From an uncultured Phycisphaerales bacterium (GTDB taxonomy: Bacteria; Planctomycetota; Phycisphaerae; Tepidisphaerales; Tepidisphaeraceae): 64,000 nucleotides of DNA. A program made the translations under genes and the position numbers. Where the stretch lies: contig CAVWVQ010000003.1 of NCBI GenBank assembly GCA_963758525.1, positions 2,912,001 through 2,976,000 of the forward strand. Reading direction: 5' to 3'. The notes beneath the pieces are model-generated. The model was given only the letters and a program-made list of their open reading frames with translations. It was not told the origin of the DNA and did not search any database. Shown here piece after piece: positions 51,272 through 60,788 of the stretch (the first letter of the stretch is position 1; each line of letters opens with the position of its first letter).

Positions 51272-52681
51272 CTACTGGCGCGCCAGCATCGGGCTGGCCG
51301 CGGCGGGGCGGGGCGGGTTCAGCAGGTTCTGGGCCGCGCTCACTGCGGTGTAGTGGTCGAAGCCTTCGCGGGGAAATGAGCCGGTGGCTCCGATGAGCGA
51401 GACCGCGGCGCTGAAGAACAGCAGCGCCCCGGCCAGTGCCCATGACAGATGCCGATGCGGGCGCCGCAGCCAGGCGCCGGACCAAAACAGCAGCAGCGGG
51501 AGAAAGAGGATAAACCATCGCGTTGCGAACATCGCCTCACCCCAGTCGGCACACGACAGGCAATAGAGAACAACGATTGCGAGGCTGCCGCCGACGGTGA
51601 CGCTGGCCAGCATTTTCGTGGACGGCGGCCAGTGGCGGTGCATCACCATCAGGACGCCGAGCAATCCCATCAGCACCACGGGGAAATGGCTGAAGACACC
51701 GTGGGCGCCGATCAACGCATCGCAGGCGCGTCCGAGGAAATGGACGATGCCCCGCCAAGCCCCGCTGGACTGATCGTCGAAGTCGTCGTCGCTGAATTCC
51801 GAACGCGCCATCACTGGACGGGCGGATGGATCAAACTGCGGTCGGAGGTAGGCCGGGATGCAATCACCGGTAATCCGCTCATTAAGGGCGCAATGGAACA
51901 GAACCGGCCCCGTCGCTCCCAGGACATAGAGAAAGATGGCCGCGGCGCGGGCGGCGAGCTTCCAGCGGAAAGCGCCAACCACCAGCGCCAACGTCACCAT
52001 GAAAATCGTTGCCGGCGGGTCGATGATGGCGGCAAGTCCTGCTGCGACCCCAGCTAGAAACAACCAGATCGCCGAACTCCTCAGCTCGTTGAATAATCCG
52101 ACTTGCACCAGGCAGGCGCCGGCGGTGAGCAGCATCGTTGCAGCCGACGCATGCGCGTTGAGCACGGTGGAATAGCTGACCAGACCGCTCCCCAGCACAA
52201 CCGCCAGCCCCAGCGCAGCGCGCCAGGGGCGGGGAAGCTCGAAGAGCCTTCCCATTTTGTAGATCAGCCCCGCGGAGAGCGCCACCGGGATGGTGACGCC
52301 CAGCAGGGTGAGAAGAAACATGACCCACAGGGGATTGTGTTCGAACGTGACGCCCAGGCGATGCATGAGCCAGTAAGGTCCGCTCAGCAGCGCGGCGAGC
52401 GCGGGGGGCTGATCGCTGTAGAGATGTCCGTTGACCTGGATTTTCTGCCGGGTGGTGTCGGAGAAAAGGGTCCTGTCGATGGCGAGCGTATGATTCTCCA
52501 CGATCGCCTGGATGGTGGCCATGCGCGACTGCTCGTCGTCGGACATGCTGTCCACGTCCGGATGCAGCAACGGGCGCACGAGAGGCACGGTGAGCAACAG
52601 CACCAGAATCGGTGCGCTCAACGCCCAGGGGCGCACCATTCGCTTCTGGTGCGTCTTCAAAAACTTTGAGACTGGCTGCAT
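51272..52681 (-). CDS. Multi-TM membrane protein, GT-C-like
   Basis: About 12 TMs; SR.A.I.A.VE..T..ID and YSD.PP periplasmic loop. Confidence 0.55.
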   Translation of the reverse strand: MQPVSKFLKTHQKRMVRPWALSAPILVLLLTVPLVRPLLHPDVDSMSDDEQSRMATIQAIVENHTLAIDRTLFSDTTRQKIQVNGHLYSDQPPALAALLSGPYWLMHRLGVTFEHNPLWVMFLLTLLGVTIPVALSAGLIYKMGRLFELPRPWRAALGLAVVLGSGLVSYSTVLNAHASAATMLLTAGACLVQVGLFNELRSSAIWLFLAGVAAGLAAIIDPPATIFMVTLALVVGAFRWKLAARAAAIFLYVLGATGPVLFHCALNERITGDCIPAYLRPQFDPSARPVMARSEFSDDDFDDQSSGAWRGIVHFLGRACDALIGAHGVFSHFPVVLMGLLGVLMVMHRHWPPSTKMLASVTVGGSLAIVVLYCLSCADWGEAMFATRWFILFLPLLLFWSGAWLRRPHRHLSWALAGALLFFSAAVSLIGATGSFPREGFDHYTAVSAAQNLLNPPRPAAASPMLARQ

Positions 52682-52734
52682 GGGGTTGACGCCGCGTGCT
52701 GATTGAGATCGGCACGGGCGGCAAAGCTCGTCTT

Positions 52735-53541
52735 TCAATAGACCTTCAAGAACTGAACAAAGTTCCGAACGATCCGTTCGCCCAAGCGGGCATATCGCGG
52801 GTAGTAGCGGCCGGTGTCCTGGCGAATCTGACGTTCCCCATTGGCCGGGAGCGCCTTCGACACGTCGTCTTTACCGGCAGACAGTATCTTCTCAATATCC
52901 GGCTCGGTCAATTCAAAGTGATATTGGAAACCAAACAGGCGGTTTTTGAAGCGAAAAGCCTGATTCTTGCAGGATTTTGACGAACTCAGCAGCGCGTTGC
53001 CGCTCGGCGGGGGCGGCGCGGGCGGCGGCGGCGCGTGGGGCGGCGCGGGAAGGCGCGGCAGATCGAACGTGTCCACGTGCCAGTGAAACATCATTGCGCC
53101 GTCCGTCATTCCCATCACTATCGGCTCCGTGCCGCCGGGAAAGGGGAATGTCACAGGGAGCCAGCCGAACTCCGGCGCGGGCGTGGCCGGTTCATCGGGC
53201 TTGGACCCGGCCTTGGTATTGGGATACACCTTGGCGCCGGCAGCGTGTGCGATCAGCTGCGCTCCCATGCAAATGCCCAGAGTAGGGCGATCCTGGGCGA
53301 TGCATCGTTGCAGCAACGCAACTTCTTTGGCCAAAAAGGGATATTTTTCGTTCGCCAGGTCCGCGACGCCCATCGGGCCGCCCAGGACAATGAGCACCCG
53401 GATGCCGTCGAGGTCCGCGGGAACTTCGTCCCCGTTGTAAAGGTGTCGCACTTCCACCGGAATTCCGAAGTCGCGCAAAATCGGGTCTAAACGTCCCGGC
53501 CCCTCATGCGCTACATGCTGAAGTACGATCGCTTTACTCAT
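52735..53541 (-). CDS. Class I glutamine amidotransferase
   Basis: LQHV.HEGPG, VLGGPM, GICMGAQ (Cys), FQYHFE (His-Glu); Pro-rich insert. Confidence 0.88.
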   Translation of the reverse strand: MSKAIVLQHVAHEGPGRLDPILRDFGIPVEVRHLYNGDEVPADLDGIRVLIVLGGPMGVADLANEKYPFLAKEVALLQRCIAQDRPTLGICMGAQLIAHAAGAKVYPNTKAGSKPDEPATPAPEFGWLPVTFPFPGGTEPIVMGMTDGAMMFHWHVDTFDLPRLPAPPHAPPPPAPPPPSGNALLSSSKSCKNQAFRFKNRLFGFQYHFELTEPDIEKILSAGKDDVSKALPANGERQIRQDTGRYYPRYARLGERIVRNFVQFLKVY

Positions 53542-53594
53542 TGACGCGGATATTCACGGAGGCGTGATGGAGTTGTCAAGTTTAAGGTGAACTG

Positions 53595-54998
53595 ATGTAT
53601 CGGCCCGGCAGGAGAACCTATTCGCGATTTTGGGCGCCGTGCCAGTGGCGAATCCGAGCGTGGCGGCGCGCTTGCCCTTGCCGCGATTGTTTTTCGCTGG
53701 CGTCGATGTGCTTCGCGATCTTGTGGAGCGCGGCCTTCGTGCGCGCAGCGGATTCGCCGCTCGAACAAGCGCGCCGGGAAACGCTCCATCCCTTTCATGG
53801 GCCGACGACGCGCGGCGTCGATTGCACGGCCCTCGACGGCAAAGTCATGTGCGGCTACCAGGGATGGTTCAACACGCCCGGCGATGGGGCCAATCGCGGC
53901 TGGGTGCACTGGACCAAAAGCGCCGGAGCACTTGCCGACGGCAACGCAAAGGTGGATCTGTGGCCCGATGTGTCCGAACTGAGCCCCGCCGAGCGCTTTG
54001 CCACCGGCTTTATGCTTCCCGACGGCAAACCCGCCGAGGTCTTCAGCTCCTATAACCTCCAGACGGTGCTCCGCCATTTCGAGTGGATGCGCGAGTACGG
54101 GATCGATGGCGCGTTCGTCCAGCGGTTTGCCGGCGGATTGAGCAACCCGCGCGTGCTCCGCACGACAAACTCCGTGTTGGACCATTGCCGCGAAGGAGCC
54201 ACTCGCAGCGGCCGCGCGTATGCCGTGATGTACGACCTGAGCGGACTGCGGGCCGGACAGATCGATCAGGTGATCGACGACTGGAGAAGCCTCCGCGGGC
54301 GCATGCATATCACCGACGACCCGGCGTATCTGCATCACCGCGGCAAGCCGCTGGTTGCGGTCTGGGGCATTGGGTTTTCAGACCATCGCGAATACACGCT
54401 GGAAGATTGCCGAAAACTGATCGATTTCCTGAAGAACGATCCGGCCGCCGGCGGATGCTGCATCATGCTCGGAGTCCCAACTCACTGGCGTGAGCTGAAA
54501 GGCGATGCGGTCGCCGATCCGCAACTGCTCGAATTATTGGCCAGCGCCGACGTGATCAGCCCATGGACCGTCGGACGCTACCACACACCCGCCGATGCCG
54601 TTCGTTACAGCCAGCATATTGAGACGCCTGACATTGCCTGGTGCGCGGAACGCAAGGTGGACTTCCTCCCCGTCATCTTCCCCGGCTTCAGTTGGCACAA
54701 CATGAAAGGCGACCCCCTCAACGCCATCCCGCGCTTGCAGGGCGAGTTCTTCTGGAAGCAGTTCTGCCAGGCGCGCCTCGCCGGCGCCAGGATGGCGTAT
54801 GTCGCGATGTTTGACGAAGTGGACGAAGGGACGGCCATCTTCAAATGTACGAACGATGTGCCGGTCGGCACGCAGTCGCAGTTTGTCACGTATGAGGGGT
54901 TGCCCAGCGACTATTACCTCAAGCTTGCGGGGCAGGGGGGGAAGCTGATTCGCGGAGAAATTCCGGTGACGGATGCGCCGCCGGGGATGAGTCGTTGA
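53595..54998 (+). CDS. Glycoside hydrolase GH71/GH99-like (likely start 53706)
   Basis: MCGYQGWF, HF.WM..YGIDG.F.QRF, MYDLSG, PGFSW, AMFDEVDEGTA. Confidence 0.8.
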   Translation: MYRPGRRTYSRFWAPCQWRIRAWRRACPCRDCFSLASMCFAILWSAAFVRAADSPLEQARRETLHPFHGPTTRGVDCTALDGKVMCGYQGWFNTPGDGANRGWVHWTKSAGALADGNAKVDLWPDVSELSPAERFATGFMLPDGKPAEVFSSYNLQTVLRHFEWMREYGIDGAFVQRFAGGLSNPRVLRTTNSVLDHCREGATRSGRAYAVMYDLSGLRAGQIDQVIDDWRSLRGRMHITDDPAYLHHRGKPLVAVWGIGFSDHREYTLEDCRKLIDFLKNDPAAGGCCIMLGVPTHWRELKGDAVADPQLLELLASADVISPWTVGRYHTPADAVRYSQHIETPDIAWCAERKVDFLPVIFPGFSWHNMKGDPLNAIPRLQGEFFWKQFCQARLAGARMAYVAMFDEVDEGTAIFKCTNDVPVGTQSQFVTYEGLPSDYYLKLAGQGGKLIRGEIPVTDAPPGMSR

Positions 54999-55163
54999 GT
55001 GTCCGCGCAAAGAGCCTGCTAAAAGCACTGCAACGCGAGCAGAGGGCAACTACCGCGCCCGGGCCCTCTTTTCCCCTCCCCTGAAGTACCAGGGGAGGGG
55101 GAAAGAGCGATAGCACATCCGCAACGTTGCGTGCCGCGTTCCACGGCGATTATCATCACCAAC

Positions 55164-55397
55164 ATGACCGTTCAGACTTTTCGAGAAATGCTAGCTCGAC
55201 GTCCTTTCCAGCCGGTCAAGCTGACGCTCTCAAGCGGGCAGTCGTTCGAAATACGCCATCCCGAGATGGCGATGCTGACACGTACTAGCATCTTGATCGG
55301 CACGGATCTGGCTGAAGATGGGGTGCCCGCGGAGTTCAAGATCGTCTCTCTTCCGCATGTTACCTCGGTCGAGCCGATGTCGCCGCAGGCCGCGTGA
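55164..55397 (+). CDS. Small hypothetical protein
   Basis: L.RRPFQP..L.LSSG..FEIRHPE pattern; compact ORF with an upstream -10-like box. Confidence 0.6.
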   Translation: MTVQTFREMLARRPFQPVKLTLSSGQSFEIRHPEMAMLTRTSILIGTDLAEDGVPAEFKIVSLPHVTSVEPMSPQAA

Positions 55398-55450
55398 GAA
55401 TCCCCGCGTCACATTGCGGCGATCATCGACCGACGTACAATTCCGCGCCG

Positions 55451-56098
55451 ATGTTTCGACATGTCCCTAATGCCCTGACGGCCGGCCGGCTGCTGCTGGC
55501 CGTTGTCTTCTTCGCCCTGCTGGGGTTCTACCAGTACGAAGGACGCGGCGACCCAAGCCTGCTGAACATCGCATTCACGATCTATGTGGTCGCGCTGATC
55601 ACCGATTTCCTTGACGGATACCTCGCCCGCAAATGGAAGGTCGAAGGCGCGTTCGGACGAGTCGTCGATCCGTTTGTCGACAAAGTGCTGGTGCTCGGCA
55701 GCTTCATCATCTTCGCCGGCAAAAATTTCATCATCCCCGACGTCGGGCACCAGGTGGTGCGCACCATCACCGGCGTCGCCCCATGGATGGTGGTGCTCAT
55801 CCTCGCCCGCGAATTGCTCGTGACCAGCTTTCGCGGCATGAGCGAAGGGGGCGGCCAGAATTTTGGCGCGGCGTTCAGCGGAAAGCTCAAGATGGTTTTT
55901 CAGTCAGTCACCATTCTTGTCATCCTGGTCTACGTCAACTACTTTGCCGGCAGTCACGGCCGATCGGGAGAGGCCGGTTTCCGCTACTTCCGCGACTTCT
56001 GCATCTGGGCGACTCTCGTCGTCACCGTGGTCAGCGGCCTGCTCTACGTGCAAAGAGCCGTCGCAATGTTCCGCCAGAGCCAGTCGCCAAAACCTTAA
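55451..56098 (+). CDS. pgsA: CDP-alcohol phosphatidyltransferase
   Basis: PNALT..R, TDFLDGYLARKW......G...DP..DK, ARELLV. Confidence 0.85.
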   Translation: MFRHVPNALTAGRLLLAVVFFALLGFYQYEGRGDPSLLNIAFTIYVVALITDFLDGYLARKWKVEGAFGRVVDPFVDKVLVLGSFIIFAGKNFIIPDVGHQVVRTITGVAPWMVVLILARELLVTSFRGMSEGGGQNFGAAFSGKLKMVFQSVTILVILVYVNYFAGSHGRSGEAGFRYFRDFCIWATLVVTVVSGLLYVQRAVAMFRQSQSPKP

Positions 56099-56116
56099 CC
56101 AGAAAAAAAACGACGA

Positions 56117-56980
56117 ATGACCATTTTTCAAATCGCGATCCTCGCGATCATCCAGGGCCTTGCGGAATTGCTTCCAGTTTCGAGTTCCGCTCACGTCATT
56201 GCCGTGGCGAAGCTGATGCGTCTGGATCCTTCCTCGCCGCAGTTCACGCTGCTTCTGGTGATGCTTCATACCGGGACGATGTTTGCCGTCATTCTCTATT
56301 TCTGGAGGGCCTGGAAGCGCGCGTTCTTTTCGTCGCGCGAGCAGACCGTGCAGTTTCTCCGCGTCGTCGCGATTGCAACGATCGTGACCGGCGTGCTCGG
56401 ATTTGGATTGAAGCTGGGCATCGAGAAAGTGATCGCACATCAGCGCGGCGTCAAGACCGCCGAGATCGAAGAACTATTCGATCATCTGGAGATCATCGCG
56501 GCGGCCCTGGCTGCTGTCGGCGTGCTGATTCTCGTCGCGGGAATCCGGTCGATGGACCGGCAGGGACGGGAAGAGATCACCGATCAGGATGCCGTCGTCG
56601 TCGGCGCGGTGCAGGGGCTGAGCCTTCCGTTCCGCGGCTTCTCGCGTTCCGGCTCGACCATCTCCGCGGGCCTGCTGCTGGGATTGGGCAAGGCGCGCCT
56701 GGAAGAATACAGCTTTGCCTTGGCCGTCGTTCTCACGCCCGCGGTCGTTTTTCACGAAGCGGGGAGACTGATCAAGTCGCGCCACGAAGCAGGCGGACTG
56801 CCTCTGGGGGCGCACGACTTTATTCCCAGCCTGATCGGCATGGTCTTCGCTTTCCTGGCGGGTCTGGTCGCCCTCAAGGTCCTGTCGCAATTGCTGGAAG
56901 GCGGCAAGTGGTGGATCTTTGGAATCTACTGCCTGGTCGCGGCCGGCGGAGTCTTCGTGATGTATTCCTACGGATACTAA
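56117..56980 (+). CDS. uppP: Undecaprenyl-diphosphate phosphatase
   Basis: IQGLAELLPVSSSAH, LHTGT, GFSRSGSTI. Confidence 0.9.
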   Translation: MTIFQIAILAIIQGLAELLPVSSSAHVIAVAKLMRLDPSSPQFTLLLVMLHTGTMFAVILYFWRAWKRAFFSSREQTVQFLRVVAIATIVTGVLGFGLKLGIEKVIAHQRGVKTAEIEELFDHLEIIAAALAAVGVLILVAGIRSMDRQGREEITDQDAVVVGAVQGLSLPFRGFSRSGSTISAGLLLGLGKARLEEYSFALAVVLTPAVVFHEAGRLIKSRHEAGGLPLGAHDFIPSLIGMVFAFLAGLVALKVLSQLLEGGKWWIFGIYCLVAAGGVFVMYSYGY

Positions 56981-56983
56981 AAT

Positions 56984-58102
56984 ATGCTCGACCCTCGCGT
57001 TGAAAAATTAGCGCAGATGCTCGTGAATTATTCGTGCGCGGTGCAGAAAGGGGAGCGCGCCCTGGTCGAAGCGATCGACGTGCCGCACGAGTTTACCAAT
57101 GCGCTGGTGCGCGCGATCAGCGCGGCCGGCGGACTCCCGCTGGTCATGCTCAAGAGCAACCAGGTCTTCCGCGAGATGATGCTCCGCGGCACGCGAGAGC
57201 AGTGGGACACTATCGCCGACATCGAAATGGCCCAGATGCAGCGGGCCGATTGCTACATCGGCGCGCGGGGCAATCCGAACGTCTCGCAGCTCTCCGATGT
57301 CCCCGCCGAGAAGCAGAAGATTTACGAGCAGACCGTCTGGAAGCGGGTGCATCACGACATTCGCATCAAGCACACGCGCTGGTGCGTCCTCCGCTGGCCC
57401 AATCCTTCCATGGCCCAGATGGCCGAGATGAGCACCGAGGCGTTCGAGGACTTTTATTTCAACGTCTGCACGCTCGATTACGCGAAGATGAGCCGGGCGA
57501 TGCAGCCGCTGGTCAACGTCATGCAGCGGGCAGATCGCGTCCGGCTGAAGGGCCCCGGCGACACCGACCTGACCTTCAGCATCAAGGGAATCCCCGCCAT
57601 TCCCTGCGACGGCCGCGTGAATATCCCCGACGGCGAAGTCTTCACCGCCCCCGTGCGCGACAGCATTAACGGCATCATCCAGTTCAACACCCCCACGATC
57701 TACCGGGGCACCACGCACAACGATATTCGCCTGACTTTCCGCGAAGGGCGCGTCGTCGCCGCCACCAGCAGCGAGACCGCCAAGCTCAACGAAGTGCTCG
57801 ATGCCGACGAAGGCGCCCGTTATGTCGGCGAATTCGCCATCGGCTTCAACCCGTACTGCGTCAAGGCGATGAAAGACATTCTCTTCGACGAAAAAATTGC
57901 GGGCAGCATCCACCTCACCCCCGGCTCGTGCTACGACGAAGCATCCAACGGCAACAAGAGCGACATCCACTGGGACATCGTCCTGCGACAAACCCCCGAA
58001 GCCGGCGGCGGGGAAATCTGGTTCGACGACACGCTCATCCGCAAGGACGGCAAGTTCGTCGTTGATGAGTTGAGCGGACTTAATCCGGAGAATTTGATCT
58101 AG
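56984..58102 (+). CDS. Aminopeptidase, M29 family
   Basis: DPRV.KLA..LV.YS, NIPDGEVFTAP, GEFAIG.N, LFDEKI.GS.H, S.IHWD. Confidence 0.9.
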   Translation: MLDPRVEKLAQMLVNYSCAVQKGERALVEAIDVPHEFTNALVRAISAAGGLPLVMLKSNQVFREMMLRGTREQWDTIADIEMAQMQRADCYIGARGNPNVSQLSDVPAEKQKIYEQTVWKRVHHDIRIKHTRWCVLRWPNPSMAQMAEMSTEAFEDFYFNVCTLDYAKMSRAMQPLVNVMQRADRVRLKGPGDTDLTFSIKGIPAIPCDGRVNIPDGEVFTAPVRDSINGIIQFNTPTIYRGTTHNDIRLTFREGRVVAATSSETAKLNEVLDADEGARYVGEFAIGFNPYCVKAMKDILFDEKIAGSIHLTPGSCYDEASNGNKSDIHWDIVLRQTPEAGGGEIWFDDTLIRKDGKFVVDELSGLNPENLI

Positions 58103-58105
58103 CCT

Positions 58106-58251
58106 CGTACCACGGGTTTCCAACCCGTGCCAGCGGCGCTCGCAATCGGAAGACTCCAATTCTGCTTTGATGTTTGATGAAAGAAACGAAAAACGAAAAT
58201 GGGATCGGTAAGTTCTGATGCTGCTCGCACGGGTTGGAAACCCGTGGTACG
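58106..58251. repeat. REPIN family E (GTACCACGGGTTTCCAACCCGTG inverted doublet)
   Basis: Perfect 25 bp inverted arms between convergent genes. Confidence 0.8.
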
Positions 58252-58254
58252 CCG

Positions 58255-58905
58255 CTACATAAATCCAAGTGTCAGCATCGCCGATTCGGACATCCGCTCG
58301 CGCGTCCATGGCGGATCCCACACCAATTCGACCTTCGCTTCTTTCACTTCCTGTATCGCATTGACGCGCTTTTCCACGTCGCCGGGCAACGTGCCCGCCA
58401 CGGGACACGCGGGCGCGGTGAGCGTCATCTTTACCAGCACGCTGTTGTCCGGCTCGATCTTAATCTCGTAAATCAACCCGAGCTCGTAGATGTTCACCGG
58501 AATTTCCGGATCGAAGATCTCACGAAGAGCCTCGATGACTTTTCCTTCGAGCAGCTTCTGTTCGATGAATTGCGTCGGATCCGAGGGCGCTGCCACCGCC
58601 GGAAGCGTGATCGTTGACGAGACGAGATTGTCTCCCTCTTTTGGTGCTCCGGGGGAGAATTCATTTTCCCCCTCCCCTGGTACTCCGGGGGAGGGCTGGG
58701 GTGGGGGCGGGCTTGTTTCGAGCTGGGGCGTAGAGATCGGGCGACTTTCATCGACGAGGCCCGCACCCTGACCCTCCCCCGGAGTACCAGGGGAGGGGAC
58801 CAGAGACGACGCGTCGAACATATCACGGAGTTGACTGGCGCCTTCAGGAGCCGTTGCTGCTGGCGGTTGTGCGATCGCTGTTTGTTCGCTCGTCTCTTCG
58901 CTCAT
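58255..58905 (-). CDS. sufT: Fe-S assembly protein SufT (DUF59) with a repeat-derived N-terminal insert
   Basis: IFDPEIPVNIYELGLIY, MTLTAPACPVAG, LVWDPPW; ATG overlaps the sufS stop (ATGA). Confidence 0.85.
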   Translation of the reverse strand: MSEETSEQTAIAQPPAATAPEGASQLRDMFDASSLVPSPGTPGEGQGAGLVDESRPISTPQLETSPPPPQPSPGVPGEGENEFSPGAPKEGDNLVSSTITLPAVAAPSDPTQFIEQKLLEGKVIEALREIFDPEIPVNIYELGLIYEIKIEPDNSVLVKMTLTAPACPVAGTLPGDVEKRVNAIQEVKEAKVELVWDPPWTRERMSESAMLTLGFM

Positions 58906-60659
58906 GATGTCTGTCCAATCGATTGCGCGGCCTGGCGGATGCGTTGAATCATCCCCGCCAGTCCATTGCGCCGTTGTGAGCTGATAAACGCATCCAAGCC
59001 AATCCGGCGGAAGAAGGATTCAACATCATACCCCAGAATCGCGGAAGCTGATTGTCCGCTATACAGAGATTCAAGCAGGGAGATGAGGCCCCGAACGATC
59101 GGCGCATCCGCGTCGGCGACAAATTCGAGAATGTCCACGGTCCCCGGCTTGCGCCGCGGAACCAGGTAGACTTCCGCCATGCATCCCGTCACGCGCGGCG
59201 TCACTTGCTTCAGCAGAGAAAACGTGTCGGGGAGCCGGGCGCCCATCTCCAGCACGTATTCATTCTTGGCGTCGCGATCCTCCAACATGTCAAAGTTTTC
59301 CGCCAACTCCTCGGCGGCGGCTTCGATCGTCGGCGCGGTGGCGGGGGGATAGGTCAGCTCTCCGTTGCCGGCAGGATCGCTGCGCTTTTTCGCGGGCGTG
59401 GCGTTGCGTGCTTCCTGCGTGATGCGGAGCAGACTTGCCACAGCCGCGTCGATCTCCGACCGCACGTTGTAAAACGCCATCGAAATCCGGCTCGTGCCGG
59501 GAATGTTCATTCGCTCCATCAACGGCTGGCAGCAGTGATGGCCCGTGCGCACGGCAATGCCATCGTGGTCCAGTTCCATCCCGATCTGCAAGATCGGCAC
59601 CGGCGGATCTTCAAGCACGAACGAAACGACGGTCGCTTTCGATCGGGCGGTTCCGATGATCCGCAACCCTGGAACCCGCGAGAGACGGTCTGTCGCGTAG
59701 GCGAGCAGCGCGGTCTCATGCGCGATGATCGGCTCGAAGCCAACCGAAGCGAGGTAGTCGATCGCGGCTGCAAGTCCGATAGCGCCGGCGATGTTCGGAG
59801 TGCCTGCTTCGAAACGTGCCGGCGGCTTTGCGTAGAGCGTCTTCTTGAAGCTGACCGACTCGATCATGTCGCCGCCCCCTTGATACGGAGGCATTTTGTC
59901 GAGCAGATCGGCCTTGCCGAAGAGCACGCCGATACCGGTCGGGCCAAAAAGCTTGTGGCCGGAAAATGCATAGAAATCGCAACCGAGTTCGCGAACGTCC
60001 GTCGGATGATGGGCCACCCACTGCGCGCCGTCGATCAGCGTCAATGCGCCCGCCTCGTGAGCCTTGGCGACGATGCGGGCAACGTCGTTGATCGTTCCCA
60101 GTGAATTGGAGACATGGCTGACGGCAACCATGCGCGTGCGCGGCGAGAGCAATCTTTCGTATTCATCCAGTTGCAGCTCTCCAGCATCGTTGATCGGGAT
60201 CACGCGGATGACGGCGCCCGTATCCTCCGCAATCAGTTGCCAGGGGACGATATTGGAGTGGTGCTCGAAAGCCGAAAGAATAATCTCGTCGCCGCTGGTC
60301 AGATGTTTTCTTCCCCACGATGCCGCCACCAGATTGATCGCTTCGGTGGTTCCGCGCGTGAAGACCACTTCGCCCTCGGCCGCATTCATGAATTTCGCGA
60401 CGCGCCGCCGGGCCCATTCGTAGGCGTCGGTCGCTTCCTGGCTGAGCGTGTAGACGCCGCGATGAATATTGGCGTTGTGTTCCCGGTAAAACTGCTCGAC
60501 CGTCTCGATCACAGTGGCCGGCTTCTGCGTCGTCGCGCCATTGTCGAGATAGACCAATGGCTTTCCGCGAACGGTGGTTGAAAGGATCGGAAAATCCTTG
60601 CGATATCGCGACAGATCAGCGTAACGCGTTTCCGGGAGGATGTCAGTTGCTTGTGTCAT
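58902..60659 (-). CDS. sufS: Cysteine desulfurase SufS fused to a C-terminal SufE domain
   Basis: YLDNGATTQKP, EHHSNIVPWQ, FSGHKLFGPTG, VRTGHHC; then RVTGCMAEV, DADAPIVRG, SSQRRNGL. Confidence 0.9.
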   Translation of the reverse strand: MTQATDILPETRYADLSRYRKDFPILSTTVRGKPLVYLDNGATTQKPATVIETVEQFYREHNANIHRGVYTLSQEATDAYEWARRRVAKFMNAAEGEVVFTRGTTEAINLVAASWGRKHLTSGDEIILSAFEHHSNIVPWQLIAEDTGAVIRVIPINDAGELQLDEYERLLSPRTRMVAVSHVSNSLGTINDVARIVAKAHEAGALTLIDGAQWVAHHPTDVRELGCDFYAFSGHKLFGPTGIGVLFGKADLLDKMPPYQGGGDMIESVSFKKTLYAKPPARFEAGTPNIAGAIGLAAAIDYLASVGFEPIIAHETALLAYATDRLSRVPGLRIIGTARSKATVVSFVLEDPPVPILQIGMELDHDGIAVRTGHHCCQPLMERMNIPGTSRISMAFYNVRSEIDAAVASLLRITQEARNATPAKKRSDPAGNGELTYPPATAPTIEAAAEELAENFDMLEDRDAKNEYVLEMGARLPDTFSLLKQVTPRVTGCMAEVYLVPRRKPGTVDILEFVADADAPIVRGLISLLESLYSGQSASAILGYDVESFFRRIGLDAFISSQRRNGLAGMIQRIRQAAQSIGQTS

Positions 60660-60788
60660 CGACGGATGTGATTGTAGCCTTGGCTCGGACGCCAATGCTA
60701 CCTTGGGGGCGAAAGCTGCCCTCCCGGACCCCTGAAGTCTGGGGAAAGCGCGAGCCACCTCGGCGGCTACAGAGATCCTGAACGGGTC

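Noticed and set aside
52990..53060. G-rich run in the glutamine amidotransferase gene as a G-quadruplex or repeat element
   Set aside because: Explained by a Pro/Ala-rich in-frame loop on the minus strand
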